Shown here in pieces: positions 38,658-49,465 of a DNA stretch of 64,000 nucleotides (the stretch's first letter is position 1; each line of letters starts with the position of its first letter). The position numbers and the translations under genes are program-made. Source of the stretch: a bacterium (GTDB lineage Bacteria; Patescibacteriota; Minisyncoccia; Moranbacterales; UBA2206); assembly GCA_021777675.1 (NCBI GenBank), contig JAJYDG010000001.1, positions 4,997-68,996 on the forward strand, in the 5' to 3' direction. The notes beneath the pieces are model-generated. The model was not told where the DNA came from, did no database searches, and worked only from the letters and a program-made list of their open reading frames with translations.

Positions 38658-41105
38658 ATGGAAATGAAGATTGAACTGGAAAATATCCAGTCGCAAGAAA
38701 TAACAAAAGAAATCCAACAATCATATTTGGATTATGCGATGAGCGTAATTGTTGCACGTGCGCTTCCCGATGTACGCGATGGAATGAAGCCGGTGCATAG
38801 AAGAATTCTTTATTCTATGTGGAATACTGGTCTTCGCGCTAATGCAAAGTTTCGAAAATCAGCAACGGTGGTTGGAGAGGTTTTGGGAAAATACCATCCA
38901 CATGGTGATGCGGCTGTTTATGAATCAATGGTGCGCATGGCGCAAGATTTTTCTTTACGCTACCCCCTGGTTAAAGGGCAAGGAAACTTTGGCTCGATGG
39001 ATGGAGATGGTGCGGCAGCTTATCGTTACACGGAAGCCAAATTATCTGCGATTGCTGAAGAAATGCTTATTGATATTGAAAAAAATACCGTGGATTTTGT
39101 TCCTAATTTTGACGGACAACACAAAGAACCGACCGTTTTACCATCCAATCTCCCGCAATTACTCCTCAATGGATCAATGGGTATTGCTGTTGGCATGGCT
39201 ACTAATATTCCGCCACATAATCTCGGTGAATTGGTTGATGGTATTAATCATCTAATTGATAATCCCGATGCAACAATCGAAGATTTGTGTGAATTTGTAA
39301 AAGGTCCTGATTTTCCAACCGGTGGAATTATTTACAATAAAAAAGATATCATTGAAGCCTATAAAACCGGTCGCGGAAAGATTTTAACTCGTGCTAAAGC
39401 TGATATTCATGAAACTAAGGCTGGCGCTTTTCAGATTATTATCACTGAAATGACTTACGCTACAAACAAATCAACCATGATTGAAAGAATGGCGGATCTT
39501 GTTAAGGAAGGGAAAATTGTGGGTATCCGTGATATTCGTGATGAGTCAGATAAGGATGGTGTTCGTCTTGTAATTGAGCTGAAAAAAGATGCCTATCCGC
39601 AAAAAGTGCTTAATAAATTATTTGAATTAACGGATCTTCAAAAAAATTTCGGAGTCAATATGTTGGCTTTGGTTGATGGAATCGAGCCAACTGTTTTGAA
39701 TATAAAATCCATTTTTGAGTACTACATAAAACATCGCAAAGAAGTTATTACTCGTCGTACCAAATTTGATTTGGAAAAAGCCAAAGATCGTGCGCATATT
39801 TTGGAAGGTCTAAAAAAAGCGTTGGATTTTATTGATGCTGTTATTGATACGATCAGAAAATCAAAAACAAAAGAAGAAGCGCATATAAATCTAATAAAAA
39901 GATTTGAATTTTCCGAAAAACAAGCAACAGCCATATTGGAAATGCGCTTGCAAACATTGGCGGGACTTGAAAGAAAGAAAATCGAAGATGAATTAGCTGA
40001 AAAATTAAAACTAATCGCCCAATTAGAAGCAATTCTTAAAAGTGAAAAAAAGATTTTTTCTATAATCAAGGATGAACTTACGCGAATCAAAGAAAAGTTT
40101 GGAGATGAAAGACGTACGAGAATAATAAAATCGGGACTAACCGAGTTTCGTCAAGAAGATTTAATACCAAACGAAGAGGCAATCATAACAATTTCAAAGG
40201 AAGGCTATATTAAACGAATGAATCCGACCGTCTATAAAGTTCAAAAACGTGGAGGAAAGGGCGTGATTGGTGCTTCAATTAAAGAAGGAGATGAAGTAGA
40301 AAAATTGCTTGGTGTGATGACGCATGATAATCTTTTGTTTTTTACTAATAATGGAAAAGTATTTCAAACAAAATCTTATGAAATACCGGAATCATCTCGC
40401 ACATCCAAGGGCCAATCAATTGTAAATTTTTTGCAACTTTCTCAAGAAGAAAAAGTAACCGCCATTATTGCATTCAATAAGGATGATAGCTATAAGTATC
40501 TCTTTATGGCGACCGAAATGGGTACAGTTAAAAAAACCACACTTGAAGAATTTGAAAATGTTCGTCGCTCTGGTCTTATTGCCATTAAGCTTGACAAGGG
40601 AGATGCTTTACGCTGGGTTTGTGCAACAACAGGAACGGATGAGGTGCTCATTTCCAGTGCGCTTGGACAAGCAATTCATTTCAAAGAAAGTGATGTGAGA
40701 TCGATGGGTCGTTCAGCAACGGGTGTGCGTGGAATCAAATTGAAAAAAGCAGATGCAGTTATTGGAATGGATATTTTGCCTAAAGGACAAAAAGGAAATC
40801 AGTTGCTTGTTATTACTGAAAATGGTTATGGAAAAAGATCAGAAATTAAATATTATAAAATTCAAAAGCGTGGCGGATCCGGAATAAAAACCGCTTCAAT
40901 TACTTCGAAAACCGGAAAATTAGTTGGAGCTAATATTGTTAATTCTGAAAATGATCTTGAAGATGATTTAATTCTAACTTCAGAAAAAGGTCAAATTATT
41001 CGCATTCCGCTGAAAAGCATTTCTTTGCTTGGTCGCGCAACGCAAGGAGTGAGAGTGATGCGACCACAAACAGGAGGTAGGGTTTCTGCCACCACTAAGC
41101 TATAA
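38658..41105 (+). CDS. gyrA: DNA gyrase subunit A
   Basis: …[31 protein letters not shown]… active-site region and C-terminal beta-pinwheel repeats; 815 aa. Confidence 0.95.
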   Translation: MEMKIELENIQSQEITKEIQQSYLDYAMSVIVARALPDVRDGMKPVHRRILYSMWNTGLRANAKFRKSATVVGEVLGKYHPHGDAAVYESMVRMAQDFSLRYPLVKGQGNFGSMDGDGAAAYRYTEAKLSAIAEEMLIDIEKNTVDFVPNFDGQHKEPTVLPSNLPQLLLNGSMGIAVGMATNIPPHNLGELVDGINHLIDNPDATIEDLCEFVKGPDFPTGGIIYNKKDIIEAYKTGRGKILTRAKADIHETKAGAFQIIITEMTYATNKSTMIERMADLVKEGKIVGIRDIRDESDKDGVRLVIELKKDAYPQKVLNKLFELTDLQKNFGVNMLALVDGIEPTVLNIKSIFEYYIKHRKEVITRRTKFDLEKAKDRAHILEGLKKALDFIDAVIDTIRKSKTKEEAHINLIKRFEFSEKQATAILEMRLQTLAGLERKKIEDELAEKLKLIAQLEAILKSEKKIFSIIKDELTRIKEKFGDERRTRIIKSGLTEFRQEDLIPNEEAIITISKEGYIKRMNPTVYKVQKRGGKGVIGASIKEGDEVEKLLGVMTHDNLLFFTNNGKVFQTKSYEIPESSRTSKGQSIVNFLQLSQEEKVTAIIAFNKDDSYKYLFMATEMGTVKKTTLEEFENVRRSGLIAIKLDKGDALRWVCATTGTDEVLISSALGQAIHFKESDVRSMGRSATGVRGIKLKKADAVIGMDILPKGQKGNQLLVITENGYGKRSEIKYYKIQKRGGSGIKTASITSKTGKLVGANIVNSENDLEDDLILTSEKGQIIRIPLKSISLLGRATQGVRVMRPQTGGRVSATTKL

Positions 41106-41129
41106 AAGTTTAATAATTTCTTATATTAA

Positions 41130-41161
41130 AAAAAGAGCGGGTCACAAACTCGTTCTTTTTT
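41130..41161 (+). terminator. possible intrinsic terminator after gyrA (AAAGAGCG…CGTTCTTT + T-run)
   Basis: imperfect AT-rich stem followed by TTTTTT. Confidence 0.35.
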
Positions 41162-41241
41162 AATGATTAATTGTGAGTGATTAATAACGATAAAAATATT
41201 ATAAAATAAAAATGATAATTAGTCAAGTAGTTTTTATGTTT

Positions 41242-42897
41242 TTATTTTATGTTTTTAGAATTTTTTATTTTATTCATCGGCTCAATATGAAATAATTTCC
41301 ATAAAAACAAAATAAACAAAACCAATCCAATGATTCCCCATTCCGACCAAATCAAGAGAAAGATGTTATGTACCGGTTGATATTGCCAAGTCTCTAAATT
41401 GGGAAATGTTTTTGTGGCGTTTGTAATAAATTGTCCCTCACCTATCCCAATAAGAGGGCTATTTAAAATGGTTTGCTTTGAAATAAAAAAATAGAGGTAT
41501 CTTTCATTGAGTGATTTGATGAATAGTGTGTAAAAGTCCACTTTAAGAAAGTGTAAGATGAAAAAGGCCGTTCCAAGTAATGTTATTAGTAATAATGTGA
41601 GTTTAAAAGGCTTTATTTTTGCCATGATAACACTTTTATATTTAGCGGACAGTGTTTCACGTGAAACATTTACATATAAAATGGCTAACAATAAAGCTAG
41701 TATTGCTGATTTTGAAAAACTTAATATAAGTGCAAATATTTCTATTACTAAGATGATGTAAATAAAAAAAGATGTTTTTCTTTGTTTCACGTGAAACAAA
41801 TTTCTATACAGGATTGTTAGCATAATTAAGAAAAATAAAAAACCTGCAAAAATATTTGGATGAGGAAATAAACCATATGCACGAATTAAGGGATGCTGAT
41901 TAACGATTATTTTGGCCACGCCGGCAATTTTTTCACTGATTAAGCTTTCTTTTAGCCAAAATAATCCCAAAGAACTTTGTCTGAAAAATTGAATTATTCC
42001 AATAATTGCTTGCGATGTTCCCATAAAGATAAATAAATTTATAAAAGCGAAAAATGGAATAGTATTGTATTTAGTTATTCTATTGCTATTTAACAATTGA
42101 TTATTTGAATCTTTAGTGGGTATTTTTAGGTAGGAACCATTGGCGTTTTTGTTTTTAGCATATAAAAAATTGCCAAAAAGAACACCCATTGTCATCCAAA
42201 ACAGAATCTGACCTTGCCAAATGTCCCATAAATAATGGTCAAATAGGCCAATAAATAAAAGCCCAAATAAGATTGCGCGAAAAAACAAATGTATTTTTGA
42301 GATAATTAATTTTTCTTGCTCGAAATTTTCTAAACTTGTTTCACGTGAAACAAGTTGGTTTTTATGCTCATTTAGATTGATTGGAAACTCTTGTTTATTC
42401 GTGAGGATGGATTTTTTCTTGATAGACATCCAGCAATAAGGAAAAAATCTTAGTGTTACATAAAGAAAAAGAAGATATAATTCAAAGAATTTACCTGATC
42501 TGTAGAGACTGATTATTTTGTTTTCAGACCAAAAAGCAGAAAATAGTGACCAGAAAAACAAAACTAATGGAATAAAAAAAATGTTTAAATTAAGAGCGTT
42601 ATTTCTTTTTTTCCAATAAGTAAAAAAAGACGATGCTTTTATTGACAAATATGACTTTTCATTGTTTAATATTAAAACGATCCATGGTAATATTGTGAAA
42701 AATAAAAACAAATCAGAAAGGTAGATGTATGTCCCATTATATTCATTGAAAGTGTTTTTTATGGGAAGAAACCAAACAACCTTTCGTATTTCGAGAGAAA
42801 ATGTTAATAAAAAAAGATAAAAAAAACATAAATCAATTGGACAATTCCATTTTGTCCTTTTTTGTTTTTTTTGAGTAAAAGAAAAATTGAAAAGCAT
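41242..42897 (-). CDS. O-antigen ligase-like (Wzy_C family) polytopic membrane protein carrying three in-frame palindromic insertions
   Basis: ~12 predicted TM helices, large loop typical of O-antigen polymerase/ligase family; 551 aa. Confidence 0.65.
   Translation of the reverse strand: MLFNFSFTQKKQKRTKWNCPIDLCFFYLFLLTFSLEIRKVVWFLPIKNTFNEYNGTYIYLSDLFLFFTILPWIVLILNNEKSYLSIKASSFFTYWKKRNNALNLNIFFIPLVLFFWSLFSAFWSENKIISLYRSGKFFELYLLFLYVTLRFFPYCWMSIKKKSILTNKQEFPINLNEHKNQLVSRETSLENFEQEKLIISKIHLFFRAILFGLLFIGLFDHYLWDIWQGQILFWMTMGVLFGNFLYAKNKNANGSYLKIPTKDSNNQLLNSNRITKYNTIPFFAFINLFIFMGTSQAIIGIIQFFRQSSLGLFWLKESLISEKIAGVAKIIVNQHPLIRAYGLFPHPNIFAGFLFFLIMLTILYRNLFHVKQRKTSFFIYIILVIEIFALILSFSKSAILALLLAILYVNVSRETLSAKYKSVIMAKIKPFKLTLLLITLLGTAFFILHFLKVDFYTLFIKSLNERYLYFFISKQTILNSPLIGIGEGQFITNATKTFPNLETWQYQPVHNIFLLIWSEWGIIGLVLFILFLWKLFHIEPMNKIKNSKNIK
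41653..41668. repeat. palindromic element copy 1 (TGTTTCACGTGAAACA)
   Basis: perfect 16-bp palindrome inside the 41242-42897 gene. Confidence 0.8.
41781..41800. repeat. palindromic element copy 2 (TTTGTTTCACGTGAAACAAA)
   Basis: perfect 20-bp palindrome inside the same gene. Confidence 0.8.
42333..42356. repeat. palindromic element copy 3 (AACTTGTTTCACGTGAAACAAGTT)
   Basis: perfect 24-bp palindrome inside the same gene, in a different reading frame from copies 1 and 2. Confidence 0.8.
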
Positions 42898-43030
42898 ATG
42901 TTTTTTAAATAGAAGCTTCTTATAGTGTAATGTTTTTTATTTTTGCTCGCAAATGTATGGAAAAAATTGACCGAAGATTTGCTAACTGATATTATTGATT
43001 CGGAGTTTGAGAATTTTTTTGCAAAACAAT

Positions 43031-43103
43031 GGGCCCGTAGCTTAGTTGGTAGAGCGCTTCCATGGCATGGAAGAGGTCAGGAGTCCGAGTCTCCTCGGGT
43101 CCA
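43031..43103 (+). tRNA. tRNA-Ala (GGC)
   Basis: cloverleaf folded by hand: acceptor GGGCCCG/CGGGTCC with G3:U70 Ala identity pair, D-arm GCTTAGTTGGTAGAGC, anticodon loop AT-GGC-AT, T-arm GGTCAGGAGTCCGAGTCTCC…; CCA not encoded. Confidence 0.8.
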
Positions 43104-43142
43104 CCTTAAAATTAAAAAATAAACCGCAAAAAGATCATTTTC

Positions 43143-43213
43143 TCTCCATAGCTCAATGGATAGAGCAAATCCGTCCTAAGGATGAGATGTAGGTTCGATT
43201 CCTACTGGGGAGA
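43143..43213 (+). tRNA. tRNA-Arg (CCU)
   Basis: acceptor CTCTCCA/TGGGGAG (one G-U), D-arm GCTCAATGGATAGAGC, anticodon loop GT-CCT-AA, T-arm GTAGGTTCGATTCCTAC. Confidence 0.75.
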
Positions 43214-43443
43214 CGAAAAAAAATATGTTTGTATGAACTTGCCAAAATAAAGAATATCTGCTAATCTGCAAAAGTAGTGAATGGGCGAAGAATAACTATT
43301 AAGAAAATAGAATAGGAAAATGCTTTAATTTTCTTCTTTGAAACTTCTTGATAATTTTTTTCGAGAATTTTTTTGTTTGTAGAGCGCATTAATTATTAAA
43401 GATAAAACGGTTTTGCGCGAACCGAGAAATAATTTTAAGTAAT

Positions 43444-44787
43444 ATGAGTGATATTTTAACGAAATTGGCAAGCGAAGTTGATAAATTGTCAGAGAGAAAA
43501 GTAAAAAGCGGAAGTGTTAAAAATAAAAAAGTTTTGAATGTAGTAAGCAAAATAGCTGACAAGCAGTCAATCATGGATAAGCTGTTATCGGAAAATGTGG
43601 TTGAATTTCCTTCTGTAGGGGAAACTCTAATTGGAAAAGTTATTGATGTGTCATCAAGTGAAATGTATTTAGATCTTGGTCCTTTTGGGACAGGGTTGGT
43701 TATGGGAAAGGAAATTAAGGATGGGATGGGGACGCAAAAAATAAAAATCGGGGATATCGTGTCGGCAACCATAACAGATATGGAAAATGAAGAAGGATAT
43801 ATAGAGTTGTCTATTCGTGAAGCGTCTTATGAAAAAGCGTGGGATGATATTGAAAGAAAAAAAGAAATTCAAGAGAAGATTAAAACTAAAGTTATTAATG
43901 CAAATAAAGGCGGTTTGCTAATTGAAATCAATGGAATAGCAGGTTTTTTACCAGTTTCTCAGCTTTCCAGTCAAAATTATCCTCGCGTGGAAGATGGTGA
44001 TAAAAATAAAATTCTTAATTTGCTTAAAAAATTAGTTGGTAAAGAATTGGAAGTCTGTATTTTGGATATTGATCGAGAAGCGGAAAAATTAATTGCCAGC
44101 GAAAAAATAGCTCAAAGCGAAAAAGATAAAGAGGTTATTTCTAGTTTTAAAGTTGGGGATGTTGTTTCCGGAGAGGTTAGCGGAGTGGTTGATTTTGGGG
44201 CTTTTGTGAAATTTCCGCAGAAATCGCAAAATAATAGCGAGGAGAAGAAGATAGAGGGGTTGGTGCATATTTCTGAATTAGCCTGGCAATTAATTGAAAA
44301 TCCACGTGTGATTGTCAAGGTCGGCGATAAAGTTGATGCAAAAATTATCGGTATTGATAATGACAAAATTTCATTATCAATACGTGCGTTACAAACGGAT
44401 CCATGGGGTGATGTTGCAAAAAAATATAATATTGGAGATGTTGTCAAAGGGAAGGTGCATAAAATAAATCATTTTGGTGCGTTTGTTTATCTCGATCAAG
44501 ATATTCATGGATTAGCACATATTAGCGAAATGCTGGAAACTTATTCAGGAAAAAATATCAACGAGCTTATTAAGGTCGGAGAAGAATATAGCTGGAAAAT
44601 TCTTTCAATAGAAGCGAGAGATCATCGTATGGGCTTGGTTTTGGTTAATGAAAAAGATAATTCTTCCAAAATTAATGATCAGTCAAAAGTTAAAAAAGAA
44701 AAAAAGGAAAAAATAAGTGAAAAGAAGGTTGTTAAAAAAGAAGAAAAGCAGAAAAAAGCAGAAAAAAAATCGGTTGATAAAGAATAA
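43444..44787 (+). CDS. rpsA: 30S ribosomal protein S1 (four S1 domains, Lys-rich C-terminal tail)
   Basis: repeated S1 OB-fold segments (…GKVIDVSSSEMYLDLG…, …GEVSGVVDFGAFVKF…, …GKVHKINHFGAFVYLD…). Confidence 0.8.
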   Translation: MSDILTKLASEVDKLSERKVKSGSVKNKKVLNVVSKIADKQSIMDKLLSENVVEFPSVGETLIGKVIDVSSSEMYLDLGPFGTGLVMGKEIKDGMGTQKIKIGDIVSATITDMENEEGYIELSIREASYEKAWDDIERKKEIQEKIKTKVINANKGGLLIEINGIAGFLPVSQLSSQNYPRVEDGDKNKILNLLKKLVGKELEVCILDIDREAEKLIASEKIAQSEKDKEVISSFKVGDVVSGEVSGVVDFGAFVKFPQKSQNNSEEKKIEGLVHISELAWQLIENPRVIVKVGDKVDAKIIGIDNDKISLSIRALQTDPWGDVAKKYNIGDVVKGKVHKINHFGAFVYLDQDIHGLAHISEMLETYSGKNINELIKVGEEYSWKILSIEARDHRMGLVLVNEKDNSSKINDQSKVKKEKKEKISEKKVVKKEEKQKKAEKKSVDKE

Positions 44788-44804
44788 CCTATTTTTTTAA
44801 AAAT

Positions 44805-45365
44805 ATGTCAAAAATATTTATTATTTCCGGACCATCCGGTGCGGGAGAGGATAGTATTATTTCTGGTTTGCGCAATAAGTTTTCTATTGAAAGAATAATT
44901 ACTACCACTACGCGAAAAATGCGCGAAGGAGAATCTCAGGGAGAGCCATATTATTTTGTTACAAAAGAAGATTTTGAAAGAAAAATAGAACAAGATGAAT
45001 TGGCGGAATGGGCGCAAGAATACAATGCTAATTTTTATGGCGTTACTAAGAAAGAGTTGAAAAGAGTTATGGATTGTCCAAGAATCGGTCTTTGGAAGAT
45101 AGAATACAAAGGCGTGATGACAGCCAAAAAACAATTTCCAGAAATTAAATCTATTTATATCGCGCCGCCATCTTTAGAGATTTTGAGAAAAAGAATTAAA
45201 CAACGCGATCCGTTTATTACGGAAGAATATTTAAATGCTCGAATGGAATATACTCGCGAATGGATAAAGTATGAATATATTTATGATTACAAGGTCATAA
45301 ACGAAGAAGGTAAATTAAATGAGGCAATTGAAAAAGTTGCAAATATTATAGAAAAAAATCTTTAA
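44805..45365 (+). CDS. gmk: guanylate kinase
   Basis: MSKIFIISGPSGAGE…TTTTRKMREGESQGEPYYFV… P-loop and GMP-binding motifs. Confidence 0.8.
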   Translation: MSKIFIISGPSGAGEDSIISGLRNKFSIERIITTTTRKMREGESQGEPYYFVTKEDFERKIEQDELAEWAQEYNANFYGVTKKELKRVMDCPRIGLWKIEYKGVMTAKKQFPEIKSIYIAPPSLEILRKRIKQRDPFITEEYLNARMEYTREWIKYEYIYDYKVINEEGKLNEAIEKVANIIEKNL

Positions 45366-45372
45366 CTAAAAC

Positions 45373-46329
45373 ATGGTTGCGTTTGTTAAAAAGGTTCAAA
45401 ACGATATCTCGGAATATGCTTTTTTAAAAAAGGATCGCAAGTTTGTTTTGGGGGTTTCCGGTGGTCCGGATAGTTCGGTTATGCTGGATGTTTTTTTAAA
45501 GTTAAAGCAAAAATATTCCCTAGAGTTGATTATTGCGCATGTAAATTACAATCTTCGTGGTGACGATAGTGAAAAAGATGAAGAATTTGTTAGAAAACTT
45601 GCCCGAAAAAATGGATTGCCAATAGCCGTATTAAAGCTTAAAAAAAATCAAAAAAAAGCCATTTCAGAAGAGAAATTACGAAATATTCGCTATACTTTTT
45701 TTGAAGAAGTTCGCATGAAGCATGGTTTTGATTTTATTTCTGTTGGGCATACGCTTGATGATCAAGCGGAAACTGTTTTGATGCGATTGATTCGAGGATC
45801 GGGATTGAAGGGGTTGCGGGCAATGCAAATTAAAAATGGAAAAATTATTCGCCCAATGCTTAATATTAGTCGGAAAGAAATTTTAGAATATATTAAAGAA
45901 AATAAATTAAAATACAGAATTGATAAGAGCAATAATGAAACAGTTTTTTTTAGAAATAAAATCAGAAATGATTTAATTCCTCAAATTGAAAAAAAATACA
46001 ACCCTAAAATTAAAGGAAATCTTGCTAACATGGCGAAATTTTTTTCGGAAGACTTTGCGGCAATTGAATATTTTGTTGATGATTTGTGGAAAAAAGAAGC
46101 GGTTTGGGGGGTGGAAAAAATTTTAAAATTGCCTCTGGCAATGCAAAAAAGAATTTTGGAAAAAATTTTATTAAAAAAAAATCCCAAATTGCAACTTGCT
46201 GATTTTTCCCAAATAGATAGTTTTATTAGGGCTTTGCATAGTGTTAAGGGAAAAAATCAAAGCGTGATTTGTGCAAATTTGAAAATGATACGCAAAGGTG
46301 ATAAGATTGATGTGCGTTTTGTGAATTAA
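45373..46329 (+). CDS. tilS: tRNA(Ile)-lysidine synthetase TilS
   Basis: PP-loop LGVSGGPDSSVML; tilS-ftsH synteny conserved. Confidence 0.85.
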   Translation: MVAFVKKVQNDISEYAFLKKDRKFVLGVSGGPDSSVMLDVFLKLKQKYSLELIIAHVNYNLRGDDSEKDEEFVRKLARKNGLPIAVLKLKKNQKKAISEEKLRNIRYTFFEEVRMKHGFDFISVGHTLDDQAETVLMRLIRGSGLKGLRAMQIKNGKIIRPMLNISRKEILEYIKENKLKYRIDKSNNETVFFRNKIRNDLIPQIEKKYNPKIKGNLANMAKFFSEDFAAIEYFVDDLWKKEAVWGVEKILKLPLAMQKRILEKILLKKNPKLQLADFSQIDSFIRALHSVKGKNQSVICANLKMIRKGDKIDVRFVN

Positions 46330-46374
46330 CTCGAATTTTGTTTTTTTGTCATAATTATTTAAAAGTGTTTTATT

Positions 46375-48222
46375 ATGAAAAATTTATTGAAAAATATTAG
46401 CATCGTTCTTCTTGTTTTCCTTTTTATAGCGGGAATTGCGACGCTTCTTGGATCTCCGGAGAAAAAACCGGAAGATGTTTCTCTTTCTGCATTGGTTTCG
46501 CAGATAAATAATCAACAAATAAAAGAAATCTCAGTAAGCAGTGATGATTTGGCAATAACAACCCAAGATGGAAAAACAGAGAAGGCAATTAAGGAGAAAG
46601 AATCGGGCATAATTGAAACATTAAAAAATTATGGTGTTGATCAGGAAAAACTTAAAAATGTCAATATAATCGTTAAAGGAGATTCGGCTTCCAACGTTTG
46701 GATTGGAACAATATTGCCTTTTCTTTTGCCTTTTCTCTTGATTGCCGGATTTATTTGGTTTATGCTTCGTCAAGCTCAAAGAGGCAATAATCAAGCACTT
46801 TCCTTTGGTATGTCCAAAGCGCGCGTGCTTGATCCAAAAGATAAAAAAAATCGCATTGTTTTTGCTAATGTTGCCGGAGCAAAAGAAGCCAAAGAAGAAT
46901 TATATGAGATAGTGGAGTTTTTAAAGAATCCTAAGAAATTTTTAAGCTTGGGAGCTAAAATTCCCAAAGGCGTTTTGCTTTTAGGTTCTCCCGGGACTGG
47001 CAAGACTTTGATTGCCAAGGCTGTGGCAGGAGAAGCGAATGTGCCATTTTTTAATATTTCCGGTTCGGAATTTGTGGAAATGTTTGTTGGAGTTGGAGCG
47101 AGTCGGGTAAGAGATCTTTTTAAGCAAGCTAAAAAAAATTCTCCAGCAATTGTTTTTATTGATGAGATTGATGCTGTCGGTCGTCATCGTGGCGCAGGGC
47201 TTGGCGGAGGGCATGATGAAAGAGAACAGACACTTAATCAAATTTTGGTTGAAATGGATGGTTTTGATACTAATGTTAATGTGATTGTTATTGCGGCGAC
47301 AAATCGTCCAGATGTTCTTGATCCGGCCCTGCTTCGTCCTGGTCGTTTTGACCGGCGTGTTGTTATGGACTTGCCCGACATTGAGGAAAGAAAGGCTATT
47401 TTGGAAATTCATGCCAAAAATAAACCACTTGCCAAAGGAATAAATTTGCGTGTAATAGCGCAAAGAACGCCAGGATTTTCCGGTGCTGACCTTTCTAACT
47501 TGTTAAATGAAGCAGCTATTCTTTCTGCTAGAAGAGGAAAAAAAATTATTGAAATGCCTGAATTAACAGATTCAATTGAGAAGGTGATTCTTGGACCGGA
47601 AAGAAAAAGCCGACGAATAGATGAGGATGAGAAGAAAATTATCGCTTATCATGAAGCAGGTCATGCGCTTATCGCCTCTAACTTAAAACATGCCGATCCA
47701 GTTCAAAAGGTTTCTATTATTTCACGAGGAAATGCTGGTGGATATACGCTAAATGCCCCAACAAAAGATAAAAGTTTGCATTCGCGCAACTATTTTATCG
47801 ATGAATTATCAGTATTTTTAGGAGGGTATATTAGTGAAAAAATTACTTTTAACGATGTTACTACTGGCGCTTCTAATGATTTGGAGCGGGCAACAGCAAT
47901 TGCTAGAAATCTAGTTACGCGTTATGGAATGAGTGATCTTGGACCAAGAACATTCGGACATAAGGAAGAGCTGGTTTTCCTAGGAAAAGAAATGCACGAA
48001 GAGAAGAATTATTCAGAAGAAACATCACGAGAAATTGATCGACAGGTAACGAAATTTATTAATAATGCTTATTCTGTTGCGGAAAAGATTATATTGGAAA
48101 AAAGGGAATTGCTTGACATTATTTCAAATACGCTCTTGGAAAAAGAAACCATTGAACAGGCCGAATTTAATAAAATAGTTGGAATTGCAGAAGAGGAAGC
48201 GGAAATGAAAGCTAAAGAATAG
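46375..48222 (+). CDS. ftsH: ATP-dependent zinc metalloprotease FtsH
   Basis: two N-terminal TMs, AAA Walker [22 protein letters not shown], zinc motif HEAGHAL. Confidence 0.95.
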   Translation: MKNLLKNISIVLLVFLFIAGIATLLGSPEKKPEDVSLSALVSQINNQQIKEISVSSDDLAITTQDGKTEKAIKEKESGIIETLKNYGVDQEKLKNVNIIVKGDSASNVWIGTILPFLLPFLLIAGFIWFMLRQAQRGNNQALSFGMSKARVLDPKDKKNRIVFANVAGAKEAKEELYEIVEFLKNPKKFLSLGAKIPKGVLLLGSPGTGKTLIAKAVAGEANVPFFNISGSEFVEMFVGVGASRVRDLFKQAKKNSPAIVFIDEIDAVGRHRGAGLGGGHDEREQTLNQILVEMDGFDTNVNVIVIAATNRPDVLDPALLRPGRFDRRVVMDLPDIEERKAILEIHAKNKPLAKGINLRVIAQRTPGFSGADLSNLLNEAAILSARRGKKIIEMPELTDSIEKVILGPERKSRRIDEDEKKIIAYHEAGHALIASNLKHADPVQKVSIISRGNAGGYTLNAPTKDKSLHSRNYFIDELSVFLGGYISEKITFNDVTTGASNDLERATAIARNLVTRYGMSDLGPRTFGHKEELVFLGKEMHEEKNYSEETSREIDRQVTKFINNAYSVAEKIILEKRELLDIISNTLLEKETIEQAEFNKIVGIAEEEAEMKAKE

Positions 48223-48256
48223 AAAGAAATTGGCATAAAATGATAAATAAAAAACA

Positions 48257-49270
48257 ATGAGTGATAAAAAAATAGTGTCAAAAATAGATTATTTGGAGAT
48301 ATTTTCCGATGCTTTTAGAATTGTTCTGAAAAACCGTTTTTTATGGTGGTTTGGTTTTTTTCTAGTCATAAATGTTGTTTTTGATCCTAATTATATCCAA
48401 AATGAAAATATTAAAAGAATTTTTTTAGGTGCATTTCTCTCGAAAAAAATAGCATTAACATCTGTTGCTGCAATGATATCTTCAATTATTTTTTTTATAT
48501 CATTAATTCTATTGCTTATTGCTAAAGGAGCATTAATGAAGACTACTCAACATATACTTGAAAAAAAAGCGACTTCCTTTGTTCATAGTTGGAAAGAAGG
48601 AAAAAAATATTTTTGGATTAATTTCAAGATTAGTTTTTTTTCTTCGGTGGTTTTCTTTTTTTGCATTTTTATTCTATGGATTCCTGTTTTAACAGCTTTT
48701 TATCCGGGAACACATTTTATTGCTATTGCTTTAGCGATTTTGGCAATTTTGATCAGTATCCCATTACTTGTTTTATATAAATTTATTCAAACCTATGCTT
48801 GTTTTTATGCAACACTGGCAAATTTAAATATCTGGTTGGCGTTAGAAAATGCTTATGCGTTGTTTAAAAAAAATATTTTTAATAGTCTTATTATGCTTTT
48901 GTCGATTATTATACTAGAATTTTTTTCCTTTTTAGCTGTTATTATTGTTTCAATACCGTTTATTTTCGTTTTTCGCTTAATGGAGATTATTTTTTATTCC
49001 GCTATGTATAAAAATAGCACGTCGATTGTTTATTCTGTTGCAATAATCTTGTTTGCTTTAAGTATTTTTGTGTTTTATTCTATATTTAGTGCTGTTTTGC
49101 AGGTTGCTTGGACTTTGTTTTTTTATGAAATTGCTGCACAAAAAAAAGAAAAGAAAATAGAAGAGTCCATCTTGGAGTCGGAAGGTCAACTTAATGAACC
49201 GATAGTGGTCAATTCTGTGAAAACTATTAAGACGACGGATAACGATTTTGACGAGAACAATAAATGTTAG
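48257..49270 (+). CDS. polytopic membrane protein, hypothetical
   Basis: 337 aa, 6-7 hydrophobic helices, acidic C-terminal tail. Confidence 0.5.
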   Translation: MSDKKIVSKIDYLEIFSDAFRIVLKNRFLWWFGFFLVINVVFDPNYIQNENIKRIFLGAFLSKKIALTSVAAMISSIIFFISLILLLIAKGALMKTTQHILEKKATSFVHSWKEGKKYFWINFKISFFSSVVFFFCIFILWIPVLTAFYPGTHFIAIALAILAILISIPLLVLYKFIQTYACFYATLANLNIWLALENAYALFKKNIFNSLIMLLSIIILEFFSFLAVIIVSIPFIFVFRLMEIIFYSAMYKNSTSIVYSVAIILFALSIFVFYSIFSAVLQVAWTLFFYEIAAQKKEKKIEESILESEGQLNEPIVVNSVKTIKTTDNDFDENNKC

Positions 49271-49303
49271 TAAACTTATTTTATAAATGCTTTTTTAAAA
49301 CTT

Positions 49304-49379
49304 GGTTGCTTAGCTCAGTTGGTTAGAGCGTCACATTGACATTGTGAAGGTCAGTGGTTCGAGTCCACTAGCGACCACA
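49304..49379 (+). tRNA. tRNA-Val (GAC)
   Basis: acceptor GGTTGCT/AGCGACC, D-arm GCTCAGTTGGTTAGAGC, anticodon stem TCACA/TGTGA loop TT-GAC-AT, T-arm AGTGGTTCGAGTCCACT. Confidence 0.8.
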
Positions 49380-49385
49380 AAAAAC

Positions 49386-49460
49386 GGGACCATAGCTCAG
49401 CGGTAGAGCAGGGGACTCATAATCTCTTGGTCGCTGGTTCGAATCCAGCTGGTCCCACCA
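49386..49460 (+). tRNA. tRNA-Met/Ile2 (CAU anticodon), CCA encoded
   Basis: acceptor GGGACCA/TGGTCCC, D-arm GCTCAGCGGTAGAGC, anticodon loop CT-CAT-AA, T-arm GCTGGTTCGAATCCAGC, terminal ACCA. Confidence 0.8.
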
Positions 49461-49465
49461 AAATA

